Shown piece after piece: positions 22,634-33,514 of a stretch of DNA of 64,000 bases (the first letter of the stretch is position 1; each line of letters starts with the position of its first letter). The position numbers and the translations under genes were made by a program. The stretch is taken from positions 25,981 to 89,980 of the forward strand of contig PDIP01000045.1 of the NCBI GenBank assembly GCA_002811645.1. The letters run 5' to 3'. The notes beneath the pieces are model-generated. The model was not told the origin of the DNA. It did not search any database and saw nothing but the letters and a program-made list of their open reading frames with translations. This DNA comes from Corallochytrium limacisporum Hawaii. Lineage: Eukaryota > Protista > Pluriformea.

Positions 22634-23064
22634 ATGTCTTCCTTAGGACCTTTCTTGAATGTAAGTATTCGATCGAAACGGGAACAAACGTAGTCATTCG
22701 GGATACGATTCGCTAACTGAATTTTTTTGTTTACTGTTCTTTGTACATATAGTTCTGTCGATACACGGCACTGGTTGCGGGTCTAGCATACGGATCGGTT
22801 CACGCCAAGACTGTTCTGCAGCTTGATGCCAAGGATCAGGAGCGCGCAGAGGCAAAGAAGCGGAAGCGTGAGAAGGAGATTCAGGATATCGTTGACAAGT
22901 ATGGACCTAAGCGTAAGTATCTAGATAGTTCTGAAATCTGAATTCGCATATTGATCGGAATCCTAACTCAATGAGAATTGTTCATTCTTTACTTCCCATA
23001 TACAGCGGACTCCGTAAACTTCGAGGATGAGAAATCGGTAGAGGCCTATCTGGCAAAATTATAG
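22634..23064 (+). CDS. ATP5ME: Mitochondrial ATP synthase subunit e (three exons, absent from ORF track)
   Basis: Exons 22634-22660, 22753-22912 and 23006-23064; both introns read GTAAGT..CTAAC..AG. Product MSSLGPFLNFCRYTALVAGLAYGSVHAK...EDEKSVEAYLAKL has the RYxALxxGxxYG (GxxxG) transmembrane motif and a coiled coil. Confidence 0.88.
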
Positions 23065-23711
23065 ATAACTCAATGGGCTCGGATTGAATTGTGGAACGCA
23101 ATGATTTGGGATCATCGAAAATGAGGAAACCAAAGAAGTTGAATCGTTCACAAATAAGAAGCTACTTCCGTAGCAATCTCTCAAAAGCAATACAACATGT
23201 AGAAAATATCGCTAATTCATCAAGGATCGCCTTTCTACGTATCCTCTGATAACACCTGTACACTGATCACGTATCTCACCCTCCTCATATCCCGCCTCTT
23301 TCAAGTACAAGAGCTCATTCCTTGAAATACACTTTCTGTGCAACCACAGTAATGAACATGCCTGGAACAGTATCATCATGTCTTCCTTGCAAGCTGCATA
23401 CTAGGGAAAGCTTGGATGTCCAGATGGCAATGGGGGAAAAGTGGGAGGGTATTGGTTGGTACCCAGGCCCCCAACCATCTGCGTCGCCCTCCCCCCTCCC
23501 CCCCTGTAGTGTCGCCTGTGTAGGCCTTTTACCAATGGTAGGATCCCTTTGCCGCCTACCGGAGCTACTGCGACGCTCATTCACCAACGTATTTGATGGT
23601 AGCACTTTCAGGAAGCTGAAGAACTTTGACAATGATCGGATGGGAGTTGGTGAGGGATAGAGACATCATGTAGGTACAGTGACTAGGCGGTTTCGAGTGT
23701 AAAAAATAGTC

Positions 23712-25004
23712 ATGTCTGGTTGGACGTTTCGTGACCCTGACAGTCTCACTTTCGATGAGGATGTGGATGAAGTCACGCAAACTCAGATGGACCAGATGGG
23801 AGTAGAGCTTCTTGTTAAGAAGTGTATGAAAGAAGTCAATAATTTGCCGAGCAGCAAAAATTACGACGGGGACCCATTGAAACTGCTCTATGTAAGCTCC
23901 CATAGAACATTTGCAGCTAAAGCCCTTAGTACACGTGAATTAGACAGTGGTTTTGTTGGCCTGGATGCATCCCGTCCTTGGCTCCTTTTCTGGAATCTCA
24001 ATACATTGACCCTTTTCTCAGGGGGTGAAGCCACTAATGACCCGGAATCTCGAACAGCGATGGATGGTTTGGGAGAATCTGTAATCAGACGGAGTATTGC
24101 CTTCCTCAAACAATGTCAAGATGTTGACACCGGTGGATTCGGTGGTGGGCCATATCAGCTCAGCCATCTGGCACCAACATATGCAGCGGTTGCGAGCGTT
24201 GCTCTCATTGGTACAAAGGAAGCCTACGACCTTATCGATCGTCCAAAATTGCTGGAGTTTCTACAGACATGCAAGTCCCAATTCCCAGGAGGTGGCTTTG
24301 CTCTCCACCGCGGTGGCGAGGAAGACGTCCGCGGTGCTTACTGTGCCATCGCAGTTGCAAAACTGTTAGATCTCGAGTCTCTTACTAGTCACGGCGGTGA
24401 TACACTCTTTGACGGCACAGCTGAGTGGATTGCCTCCTGTCAGACGTACGAGGGTGGACTTGGCGGCGTGCCGGGGATGGAAGCACACGGTGGCTATGCG
24501 TACTGTGGACTAGCTGGCTTGGCGCTCCTGAATCGTATCGAGGTCCTCGAACCTTACCGCTTTATTCACTGGCTTTCAATGCGGCAAATGAGATTTGAAG
24601 GTGGCTTCTCTGGCAGAAGCAATAAGCTGGTTGATAGCTGCTACTCGTTTTGGGTAGGTGCATGTTTCACAATCCTTCGGGACTACCACCCGCTGTTCCG
24701 CAACCCAGAGGATGTCAACGTGCTCTGCGATGCTAACTCGCTTGCGTGGTACGTGGCTGGTGCTTGCCAAGACCGTCGCGGCGGCATTGTTGACAAACCG
24801 GGGAAGAGTAGAGATCACTACCATACCTGCTACGCACTGTCCGGATTATCGGTGCTGCTCGGCTCAAGGGAGAGAGAAAAAACATTCCTCGAGAATGATC
24901 CGCTCACCAACGTGGAACACTCACTCAGCCGCAAGATGAAACTCCATTTCCAAGCGGTAGATGACCATAACGAGGACGAATCCCATTTCGTGGATCTTTC
25001 TTGA
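23712..25004 (+). CDS. FNTB: Protein farnesyltransferase beta subunit
   Basis: LDASRPWL, GGFGGGPYQLSHLAPTYAAV, EAHGGYAYCG, NKLVDSCYSFW, DKPGKSRDHYHTCY. Confidence 0.96.
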   Translation: MSGWTFRDPDSLTFDEDVDEVTQTQMDQMGVELLVKKCMKEVNNLPSSKNYDGDPLKLLYVSSHRTFAAKALSTRELDSGFVGLDASRPWLLFWNLNTLTLFSGGEATNDPESRTAMDGLGESVIRRSIAFLKQCQDVDTGGFGGGPYQLSHLAPTYAAVASVALIGTKEAYDLIDRPKLLEFLQTCKSQFPGGGFALHRGGEEDVRGAYCAIAVAKLLDLESLTSHGGDTLFDGTAEWIASCQTYEGGLGGVPGMEAHGGYAYCGLAGLALLNRIEVLEPYRFIHWLSMRQMRFEGGFSGRSNKLVDSCYSFWVGACFTILRDYHPLFRNPEDVNVLCDANSLAWYVAGACQDRRGGIVDKPGKSRDHYHTCYALSGLSVLLGSREREKTFLENDPLTNVEHSLSRKMKLHFQAVDDHNEDESHFVDLS

Positions 25005-25055
25005 GAGTAAGAAGTATATTAAATTCTTTCAATGCTCTTATACAGATTTGACTCT

Positions 25056-27527
25056 TTAGGCAGCGGAAGATCCCTGAGTAATGGTGAAACCAGAAAGGTC
25101 CTCAGCTCCTTCCAATGCGAGGTTCTTCTCATTGCAGAGATGAAGCAAGCAAACAAAGGCAATAGGAACACTGAGATTTTGGGACTGATCCGAGGGCAAG
25201 TCGCTACGAAGTTTGTGGAACGTCTTGCGGAAATCACGTTCCTCAGGAACGCGGCGAGGATCCTCAAAATTGGAAGCATCACCACCTTCACCTGCAGCGG
25301 CATCCTCTTCGGCCTCAGCCTTAGCGAAATCAACGGCTTCGTCTGTGACAAGACGATGCCAAAGAGCGGTTTTGACCTTTCGTACATCAACAATCTTGGC
25401 TTTCCGGGCGTAGCTGATCTGCATCTTGGCGACACGCTCCGGTAGGTCAATGAGCTCGTCTCCAATGTTGCCAGTTGCGAATTTTTGTTCAGCTGTGGCA
25501 GCCAAGAGATCGCCAGCATTGACAACACCATCAGTATCACCACCATAGCCGTCAGGGCCGTTGTGATCCATATCCCAGGCTTCTTCGGCGTCCATCGGTG
25601 CATCGTCAACCATGCCGTAGTCCCCGTTGTTCCAGTCCAGTCCGTCATCTGCTTCCTGGTTGCGGTCTTGCATTGGCTGCATAATGAAAATGCCCTCCTC
25701 AACGGCCTGTTTCTGTGCCTCCTTAGCACCAGTGCCAGGGAGGGCGACAGTACGCCAGGGACGAGTGAACATGGTGGTCAGCTTCTCAATTCCGTAGCCC
25801 AAGTCCTCAGGCAAGACAGTGGAAGTGACATCCCACTTGTCAAGGGTTGTTTGCGAGAGCAAGTTGCTGTTCTTCTTGCCACGTGTTAACTGCCCGTCAA
25901 TCGCGGCCATGTCCTCTGGTGTGAATGACGCATGAGAAAACCGCAGGAACAGAGGTTCTCGCTTGGCTTTTGTGGTCCCAGATGACTTTCCTGACCCAGC
26001 AGCAGTACCAAGCTGACGGAGACGATTTGAGGTGCCAAAAGACCAGTGCTCAGGTCCAATCCAAGTGCGCAGTAGGATTGGGTCAAAGTACGAGTAGTCT
26101 GTGTGCGTTTTCTCCCCACCCGGGACCACAAGCATTGGGACGGAGGTGATCTGGTTTCCGCTAGTTCCTTGCCCTCCATCGGCAGCCATTCGACGTGCCA
26201 TGGCCATGTCCTGCTGCATCAAGATCTCCTCCTGTCGAGCAATAGGATCTGCAACATTGAAGGCGTCACCAGAATCGTCGTACATATTTTCTCCAATATA
26301 TCCGCCGAAATCATTTGCTGTGTCACCATAGACATCAGTCTCAGAAGCATGTTCGCGTATGGCAGCTCGTTGCATCTGAACTGCCCACTTGTCGTCATCG
26401 TCGTCCATACCATCACCATTGAAGCGGAAATTGCGGAATGGTCCACAGATTGTCGTCTCACGAATATTTTGAATGTGATCTTTGATCTTTCCCATGATCG
26501 CGCTGAGGTCAACCTGGCTGTGATCAATTTCACTGACCTCATTCTTGACGACCATCTTGTCCACAAAAGAGTCTTGGGAATCGAAGAGCATTTCCACACC
26601 TTTGCGACTCCCCAACTGATTCATGAGCAGTCCCTGGGCACCAAGATCACCATCAAAAGCAGCACTCATCTTTGCAAATAGGGGATCAATATGCAAAGTT
26701 TGATCCAGAGAGCTGTTGGTTATATTCTCCAGCTTTGTCTCCAAAGTTTCAGCGGAATGTGCATACTTTCGTGCACGTTTCTTTTTCTGCTGCCCATCCT
26801 CGCCAACTTCTTCCTCGCCCTCTTCGTCATCGTTGTCCTCATTCTCATTCTCATTGTTCCGGTTCAAGCCCTTCACCACCTTGAATGTGTCGTCGTGTAC
26901 GCTGTCCACACGGTAACTGAAAATCTTCACGCTGGCGTCGATAGTAGTAGAGGCAGCCTGGAAATCGACATCAATGCCACTGCCACGGCCTGCATTCTCT
27001 TTACCAACAACTTCGTTAATGTAATCAATCAGCTGCATGTCCCAAGCATTGCGCCGATTGACACGGTTTTCGCTCACCAAACGAATACAATTTGCGTATA
27101 CATCGGCAACCCGGTTTGCATTCGCGCCGGAAATTCCCTTGAGAGGCGTCCCATTTTCACCAGCTTTGACATTGACAGCAGCCTCATCCTCAGCGGCCCG
27201 GGCTCGGATCTCTTCGAGCCGTTTTTTTCTCAGGGCTGCTCGCTCCGCTTCATCGTTGTTGTTACCCAAACGATTGGCAGCCTCCAGTGTGGATTCCGGC
27301 ACGGCGCCACTTTTTCGGCGTTTGGGAGACTGAAGAGGGGTTGGGTTACGCTGGTGAACTTTTCTGGCCGCGACCAAACGAGAACCAGACCCCGGTGTGT
27401 TGTTCGCAGATTCGGACAGTGCCTGGGTCAGACCACTTTTTCCGGTGGGCGTGCTGGGGTTGCTGACTTCCATGCGGTTTTCTACAGACTTGAGGGCTCC
27501 CGCCCGCGAAGACTTTCGTGTAGCCAT
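25056..27527 (-). CDS. NCAPH: Condensin I kleisin subunit (CAP-H/Barren/Cnd2)
   Basis: NAWDMQLID, FQAASTTIDASVKIFSYRVDSV, DPLFAKMSAAFD, and C-terminal FVCLLHLCNEKNL. Confidence 0.95.
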   Translation of the reverse strand: MATRKSSRAGALKSVENRMEVSNPSTPTGKSGLTQALSESANNTPGSGSRLVAARKVHQRNPTPLQSPKRRKSGAVPESTLEAANRLGNNNDEAERAALRKKRLEEIRARAAEDEAAVNVKAGENGTPLKGISGANANRVADVYANCIRLVSENRVNRRNAWDMQLIDYINEVVGKENAGRGSGIDVDFQAASTTIDASVKIFSYRVDSVHDDTFKVVKGLNRNNENENEDNDDEEGEEEVGEDGQQKKKRARKYAHSAETLETKLENITNSSLDQTLHIDPLFAKMSAAFDGDLGAQGLLMNQLGSRKGVEMLFDSQDSFVDKMVVKNEVSEIDHSQVDLSAIMGKIKDHIQNIRETTICGPFRNFRFNGDGMDDDDDKWAVQMQRAAIREHASETDVYGDTANDFGGYIGENMYDDSGDAFNVADPIARQEEILMQQDMAMARRMAADGGQGTSGNQITSVPMLVVPGGEKTHTDYSYFDPILLRTWIGPEHWSFGTSNRLRQLGTAAGSGKSSGTTKAKREPLFLRFSHASFTPEDMAAIDGQLTRGKKNSNLLSQTTLDKWDVTSTVLPEDLGYGIEKLTTMFTRPWRTVALPGTGAKEAQKQAVEEGIFIMQPMQDRNQEADDGLDWNNGDYGMVDDAPMDAEEAWDMDHNGPDGYGGDTDGVVNAGDLLAATAEQKFATGNIGDELIDLPERVAKMQISYARKAKIVDVRKVKTALWHRLVTDEAVDFAKAEAEEDAAAGEGGDASNFEDPRRVPEERDFRKTFHKLRSDLPSDQSQNLSVPIAFVCLLHLCNEKNLALEGAEDLSGFTITQGSSAA

Positions 27528-29039
27528 TTTGATCAACTCTTGAATTGCGTTCTAGATAACTACAACCAAAAGTATTCCCAACTGATTCGACAGTGTGTCC
27601 TTCACTCAGATTCCACTATACGGACTGTCGATATACGCTCTTGAAGTAGCCCGGTCTTGATCATGATCTGAACCTCATATTTGATTGCTCATACGAGCAT
27701 ATGCCCAATGCGAATGTGTTGTCTTGTGCAAGAAATTTCAATTTCACTGTGAGGCCCCGATAAACGACCCTGGTCCCCACCTCTAGGCGGTCGCTCGGGG
27801 TGGCACAGAAAGTTAAGAGGGAGAAACCGTATTCATTACCCGCCAGTGAGGCAGGGATTCCCCCTTTGAAGCTTTCCCGCCAAAAAAAAAGGAATTGGGC
27901 CGACCGAACCACCGCCCTCTCCCCTCGGCTGGTTGAACCCCGCCCCCGGGGGGGGGGGGGCCTCTTTTGGCTGAAACCCCGACCCGCTACAGACCACCAA
28001 ACATCACCCGCCAGTGAAAAATATTGATTTATCGATGCATTTGGACGGGATCAACGGGCTGGAAAAAGGGGGAAGAGGGGGGGAGGGCGATAGGAAGGGT
28101 ACTTTCCCCTCTTGCGCGGCGGCAGTTGGCAAGCGCCCCAGGTACGCTGCGCCTCGGAAACAAAAAGCCACCACCACAGGCTTAGGGGTAAGGAACTGAA
28201 AACCGGCGGAAAGAAACCAGCGATAAAGCCTGGAGAACGACGGGGTCTGTTGCGAGGTTCTCTGGACAATTTTCTTTTCCGTTTTTTTTTGTGGATTTTG
28301 TTTTGTTTTTTGCTCATCTCTGGCCGGCCGTTGACGAAAAAACCGTTCTCCGTTTGTCTGTTTCCTCGTTATCCTTCTCAGGGGCTTTCGTTTTTTCCAT
28401 TCTCCCTTTGGACTTCCCTTTCCCCCCCCCCCCGGGGGGCGGGGCGGCCGGGGAGCGGCTCAGGAGGGAGTCAAAAACATGCGCACATAGGGGTGATGGC
28501 TGGTCTTTGGTTTTCTACCGCGGTTCGTCGGAGCGATTGGGGAGATGGCAAAAACAAGATAGAAAAAAAGGAAAAGGAGAGAAAAAAGAGGGAGGCAACG
28601 GAAAAAGGGGGGAGAAGAGGGTGTCATACCAATTGGGACCCAAAAAGTAAAGTGAAGGACACAGATGTCGAGAGGGTCCAGGTGCACCTTGTTCTCCGGT
28701 TGTGCTTGGCCCACTTAGCCACCTTAACGTGGGACCCATCTGTGTGTCCACTGTCTGTGGCGATGGCCGCTCCTAAACTGGGTAGTCCGAGTTATCCGTA
28801 CTCACTGCCTATGCACAGCGCCGTGCCAAAAAATTCTGTCCCGCGAACAGCACCCACGGATTGCGTTTCCATCTTGTCATCCGGGTGGGTTGTCCGGGGC
28901 GTGCAGGGTTCTCATATTTGGAGCCAGTCCCAACTGTCGACAGGTACTCATAGTCCTGAATGTCGAGGTGACCTAAAGGCCCACGGTTTTTGAAAGCGAC
29001 CTTATACATGGTGTCCATTAAACTACATACATACATACA

Positions 29040-29795
29040 ATGCCACCAAAGAGAGGAGCAGCGACAGCTTCCCGGGATCCCGAAGAAGGAACCAAGGGTG
29101 TCATGGATTTGGTGAAGAGCGTAGGGCGCTTCGCCTACGCTATAGTCACAACGGACAAAGGCATCTGTACATTGGCAATGCTTGCGATGTTTGTAGCCTG
29201 CTATAGGCCGGGTGCGTTCAGGTCATTCCTAGTTCAGGACAGTGGGTTCAGGGCGACGGAGATCGACCTTGTTCTTAATGGTGCTCACTTAGGTGCAACT
29301 GTTCTTAACGGCGGTGTTGCGACCTTGGCGGTGCCGATTTTCTTCTTCTTCCTTCAGGAAGGAAACAATCTTCAAATGGTCCGCATGCAATTCCGTGTGG
29401 AACGATTAGCTGCCAAGGTTATGTGGCTCAGTGGGCTTGTAGCTACTGTGACCTACGTACAATTCTTGCCATCAAACGTCGAACTGATCCCTGAACGTGA
29501 GGCCTATCACATTACTGGTCTTGCGATTGCCACGGTGTTCGCATACATTGGGGGAATATTTTTCATTGAGGTCTATCAAGTGCACCGCGGCAAGGTGCAA
29601 CATCTCCTCGAAGAGGTTGCAAAGTCAAAGGGAGTAAACAAGAAGACAGACTTGCAGCGTGATTTGGAACGGACAAAATACTCAGTTTCTTCACAGGCAG
29701 GGCTGTATTGGCTGCTCATGTTTGGGAGCTATGGCCTAACTCTGTTCCACCTGTACGAGCTAGGCGACACCCTTTATGAACACGACTGTCTGTGA
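29040..29795 (+). CDS. Uncharacterised multi-pass membrane protein
   Basis: 251-aa ORF with about five hydrophobic segments and a good ATG context. No family recognised. Confidence 0.7.
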   Translation: MPPKRGAATASRDPEEGTKGVMDLVKSVGRFAYAIVTTDKGICTLAMLAMFVACYRPGAFRSFLVQDSGFRATEIDLVLNGAHLGATVLNGGVATLAVPIFFFFLQEGNNLQMVRMQFRVERLAAKVMWLSGLVATVTYVQFLPSNVELIPEREAYHITGLAIATVFAYIGGIFFIEVYQVHRGKVQHLLEEVAKSKGVNKKTDLQRDLERTKYSVSSQAGLYWLLMFGSYGLTLFHLYELGDTLYEHDCL

Positions 29796-29908
29796 ATAGA
29801 GAAGAACGTAGCCATAAACAAAGATAGCACAACTCAGGATCTACGGTTAGTTTCATGCCTCCCAATGAATCAAATGACAACGAATTAAATGTCAATCTAT
29901 TATGTAAT

Positions 29909-31909
29909 TCATTCTCCACTGGAACTGTCGTAGATGGACTCATCGGAAGGTCTCGAGACGACGGCGGCCGACTCGGGAGCGGTGTACAGGTCTGCAGAGA
30001 CAACGTCCTTCTTCTGCAGGCTGAAGGGGCTTTCCTCCTTCTTGGCTGCAGCCATGACACTCTGGACGTTGGAACCCCAGGCGAGGTCACCATCTTCAAG
30101 ACGGTTCTCCATAAGCTCAGGGAATACAGCGAAGATTACAACGCTGCCCAAGATAGCGACGATGACACCAACGCCCAAAATCTGATAGAAGACGGGGAGA
30201 CCATCGTAGGGGCCAGCGTTGGCGCGCTCACGGATAGCAATCAAGAGCAACAACCAGACGAAGGCAGGGATCACGAACTTCAGCCAGAAGGACTGAACCT
30301 TGGGAATCTTAGTGTTCGAATTAGTGTCGTTCTGAGTGATGACCGCATTCATCATGTTACGCAGGTGCTCAGGCTGGTGCCAGGTCAGGGATTCCAACAC
30401 GCTGCCCCAGGACTTGCCGGAGTAGGCAGCGCCAAAGCGGCATGCCATCCACGTACCGATGACAAGGATGGGCAAACCAATGGCGAAACCAAGGATGGTA
30501 GCGAGGCTACCGAGGTCATTCCAAGCAACGGTAGCGGCAAGAAGACCAAGACCCACCGAGCCAAAGAAGGCAGCTTCGAAGCTCTTGACAGCCTTGGCAC
30601 CAACCTCCTCAACAAGCTCGTCATGCTGGTACATCCAGCAACCCACAATGACCTCCGCAGCACCGAGCAACAGCATAGCGTACTGGTTGATGAAGTGATC
30701 AGCAACGTCCAACAGATACGTACCGACATCGGAAGAATACATGGCGGACAACAAGAACATGACTGCGACAACGATCAATGTTTTGACCTCGTGGCGCTGG
30801 CCCTGCAGCAGGCGCATGTCGTCAAGGGTGGTGATGACAGCCTCAGTGTTAGCGAAGGCGGAGTCGATACCCAGCAGGATCAGAGTTAGGAAGAACAGGG
30901 CGCTGAAGAAGTTTGCAGCAGGTAGCTTTGCCAGAGTAACCGGGAAGGCAACAAAGGCCAGTGATTTGCCACCGCTTGAGACCTCGGAGATCGGGACACC
31001 CTCTTGGACAGCAAAGTAACCAAGGGTACTGAAGACAGCGAATCCAGCGAAGAAGGAGAAAGCCGAGTTACCAAAGCAGACGATGAGAGAATTCTCAACC
31101 ACAGGACCACCAGCAGGGTTGTAGGAACCGTAGGCGATCATGGTAGCATGAGCTAGAGATAGAGAGAAAAAGATCTGGGAGCAAGCACTGGACCACATTT
31201 CACCGTTGGACAGCTCGGACAAATCCCAGCGGCCAATGTACTCCTTAATGCCTTCCTCGGCACCGTCAAGAGTAGCACCACGGATAACCAGGACGAAAAG
31301 AGACATGATGGGAGCCAGCACGGTGAAGTAGACGACCTTGCCAGTAACCTTCACCCCCTTCCAGATGGCAAAGTAAATGCAGGCGAAGGTCATGACGTTG
31401 GCACCGTACAGAGCAGACACCATGATCTCGGTATGACCAGGGTCTTCGGCCTGCATGACGACATCATTGTAGTGGTCCTCAGCATATTGCAGAACGGAGC
31501 TGGTAGAGTTGTTGCCCGGAGCATCAAGCTCTGCGCTGTACCAAGGCAGATCAGCATAGAAGGACTCCACAAAGTAGACCCAAGACCAGTTCATGATAGC
31601 GGTGTAGTAGGTGACGATCATTCCTGCGCCGAGGGCGAGACCAATACCAACACCGGCACCCCGACGGTGGAGTTTCATCAGAGACAGGGCAGGGCCAGCC
31701 TGGGTGCACTGACCCAAAGAGGCCTCATAGACGAAGAGGGGGATACCGAGAAAGATCAGGGCAAGGATGTATGGAATGAAGAAGGCACCTCCTCCGTACT
31801 CGTAGGCCATGAATGGGAAACGCCAGACGTTACCAAGACCGATGGCAGAGCCCATCGCGGCCAGAATATACTGCCAGCGGTTATCCCAGTGAGTACGACT
31901 TTCAGTCAT
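29909..31909 (-). CDS. SLC6/NSS family Na+-dependent (amino acid) transporter
   Basis: W..RWQYILAAMGSAIGLGNVWRFP, GGGAFFIPY, QIFFSLS, LGIDSAF. Confidence 0.95.
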   Translation of the reverse strand: MTESRTHWDNRWQYILAAMGSAIGLGNVWRFPFMAYEYGGGAFFIPYILALIFLGIPLFVYEASLGQCTQAGPALSLMKLHRRGAGVGIGLALGAGMIVTYYTAIMNWSWVYFVESFYADLPWYSAELDAPGNNSTSSVLQYAEDHYNDVVMQAEDPGHTEIMVSALYGANVMTFACIYFAIWKGVKVTGKVVYFTVLAPIMSLFVLVIRGATLDGAEEGIKEYIGRWDLSELSNGEMWSSACSQIFFSLSLAHATMIAYGSYNPAGGPVVENSLIVCFGNSAFSFFAGFAVFSTLGYFAVQEGVPISEVSSGGKSLAFVAFPVTLAKLPAANFFSALFFLTLILLGIDSAFANTEAVITTLDDMRLLQGQRHEVKTLIVVAVMFLLSAMYSSDVGTYLLDVADHFINQYAMLLLGAAEVIVGCWMYQHDELVEEVGAKAVKSFEAAFFGSVGLGLLAATVAWNDLGSLATILGFAIGLPILVIGTWMACRFGAAYSGKSWGSVLESLTWHQPEHLRNMMNAVITQNDTNSNTKIPKVQSFWLKFVIPAFVWLLLLIAIRERANAGPYDGLPVFYQILGVGVIVAILGSVVIFAVFPELMENRLEDGDLAWGSNVQSVMAAAKKEESPFSLQKKDVVSADLYTAPESAAVVSRPSDESIYDSSSGE

Positions 31910-33472
31910 TTTGAACTTGTTTTTGTCTACGAACGTCTATGGAATCCGAACTATCCACAAACTCTGTGTCTCGGAGCTAAGATCATTCCCTTTGTGACCT
32001 CAAGACCAGTCTTTAAATACCCCTTCGAGCTACGGTTACCTTCCACGTCTCGGTTCCCAATGACAAAGAGTAATATATCTTGAAAGACCAAGACCACGAT
32101 CATGGCGAAGGAAAGTAAATGTCGTATAAGATGGGCCGAAATCTCTTCATTGAATACTCTTCGCCGATGCAAAAAACTGATACATCTAGCTCTATGCCCG
32201 TTAGGGTCCTCGAGATGAAAACCCACCTTTCCCCCCTACCCCTTTTCCTTTCCATCCCTTCCTCTCCCAACCCCTTCCCCTCGGCTCACCTTCGAACCCG
32301 GCTCGTCCCTAACTTCCACTGTAGATTAATTGCCACCCCCACCCCCCGGGGAACCCACCAACCCCCACCCAAGATAGCTCGGAGGTGGTTTGGTACAACG
32401 TCCGACACCCATGCAGATTCGTCCCCGGTGTTGTCGTCGAGATGATGATGCTGGGTCGTCCCGGCAGTGCCACGGTGCTTCTGGTGTTTGTTTCGTATAC
32501 TGTAACTACATACGTCGGCGTGGGGGCGGACACATCGCACAGCGACTGAGGCGAGGCATATCCGTAATTGGCAAACAAAGTCTGCGTGGCGCAACAAACA
32601 GCGCAGATTCAAAGTGCACTTTGTCAGCCCTGCGATGTATTCGAAAACCGGGATATCACCATCTATGCAGTTCTCAGGCTCGTTGGTAAAGATTTGTCCA
32701 GTTCGTCGTTCACAGATGTGCATACACTGATGATGCCCCTCAGTCTTCTGTATCCCCGGAGAGTGGAAGCCAATCCGAGTGCGGCAGTATTCTACGATCA
32801 CGTCTAATACAGTCAGATGGGTGACCCATTTTTAAGTGACCGAGCCCAAGAGGAACAGAAATCAGTGAGAGTTATCAGTTACCAAACAGGCTCAGGAGCA
32901 GAACAATCACAGAGATAGTGGACCGACAAAGAAGGGGGCCGCTCCAGCCCAGCAACTCTAGGATGATAAAGTTCCCACCATGATAAGTCCCATAATGTAT
33001 GAAGAACCAACCGGAGTTTATGTTTACATACGCTACTGTACTCCTACCTCTAGTTTTATCGCGGTATAAAATCGCTACTGTTGGCGGACAGTGGTGCAAG
33101 GATTTACAAAGGGGGAAGGAGGGAGGAGAGTCCGAATGCCGTGGTCAGTATATAAATATGTAAATTTGTTCAAAGAGCGGTTTTTAGCGTGCGCAACCCA
33201 TTTGGAACACTTCAGACTCACGTACGCCGGAGAATACATCATAAAGTCGAACTTCAGCCACATACTAAAGGGCAGAACGTGGTGTTCACAAGGGCGATGA
33301 TTTGGTGATGGCCAAAATGCAATACCCTGGTTCGCAGTCCAAGCGCTTTCTGTAGAATAATTGTGAGCAGGTGACGATGGACCGCAGGGAGTATTTCAAG
33401 GGGTACAAGCTTGCTGTAACAAAAGGAAAGAGTCGACGACAATATGAAACTGCTGCGTCGCGACCTGGACAG

Positions 33473-33514
33473 TTTGGTGGACTACTGGCACACTTTAGTG
33501 GACTTCTGGCACAC
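33473..33514. repeat. 21-bp tandem duplication
   Basis: TTTGGTGGACTACTGGCACAC / TTTAGTGGACTTCTGGCACAC, two mismatches. Confidence 0.8.

Noticed and set aside
28112-28993. 293-aa ORF, and similarly the 379-aa ORF at 39450-40589
   Set aside because: Low-complexity translations of homopolymer-rich, probably noisy intergenic sequence.
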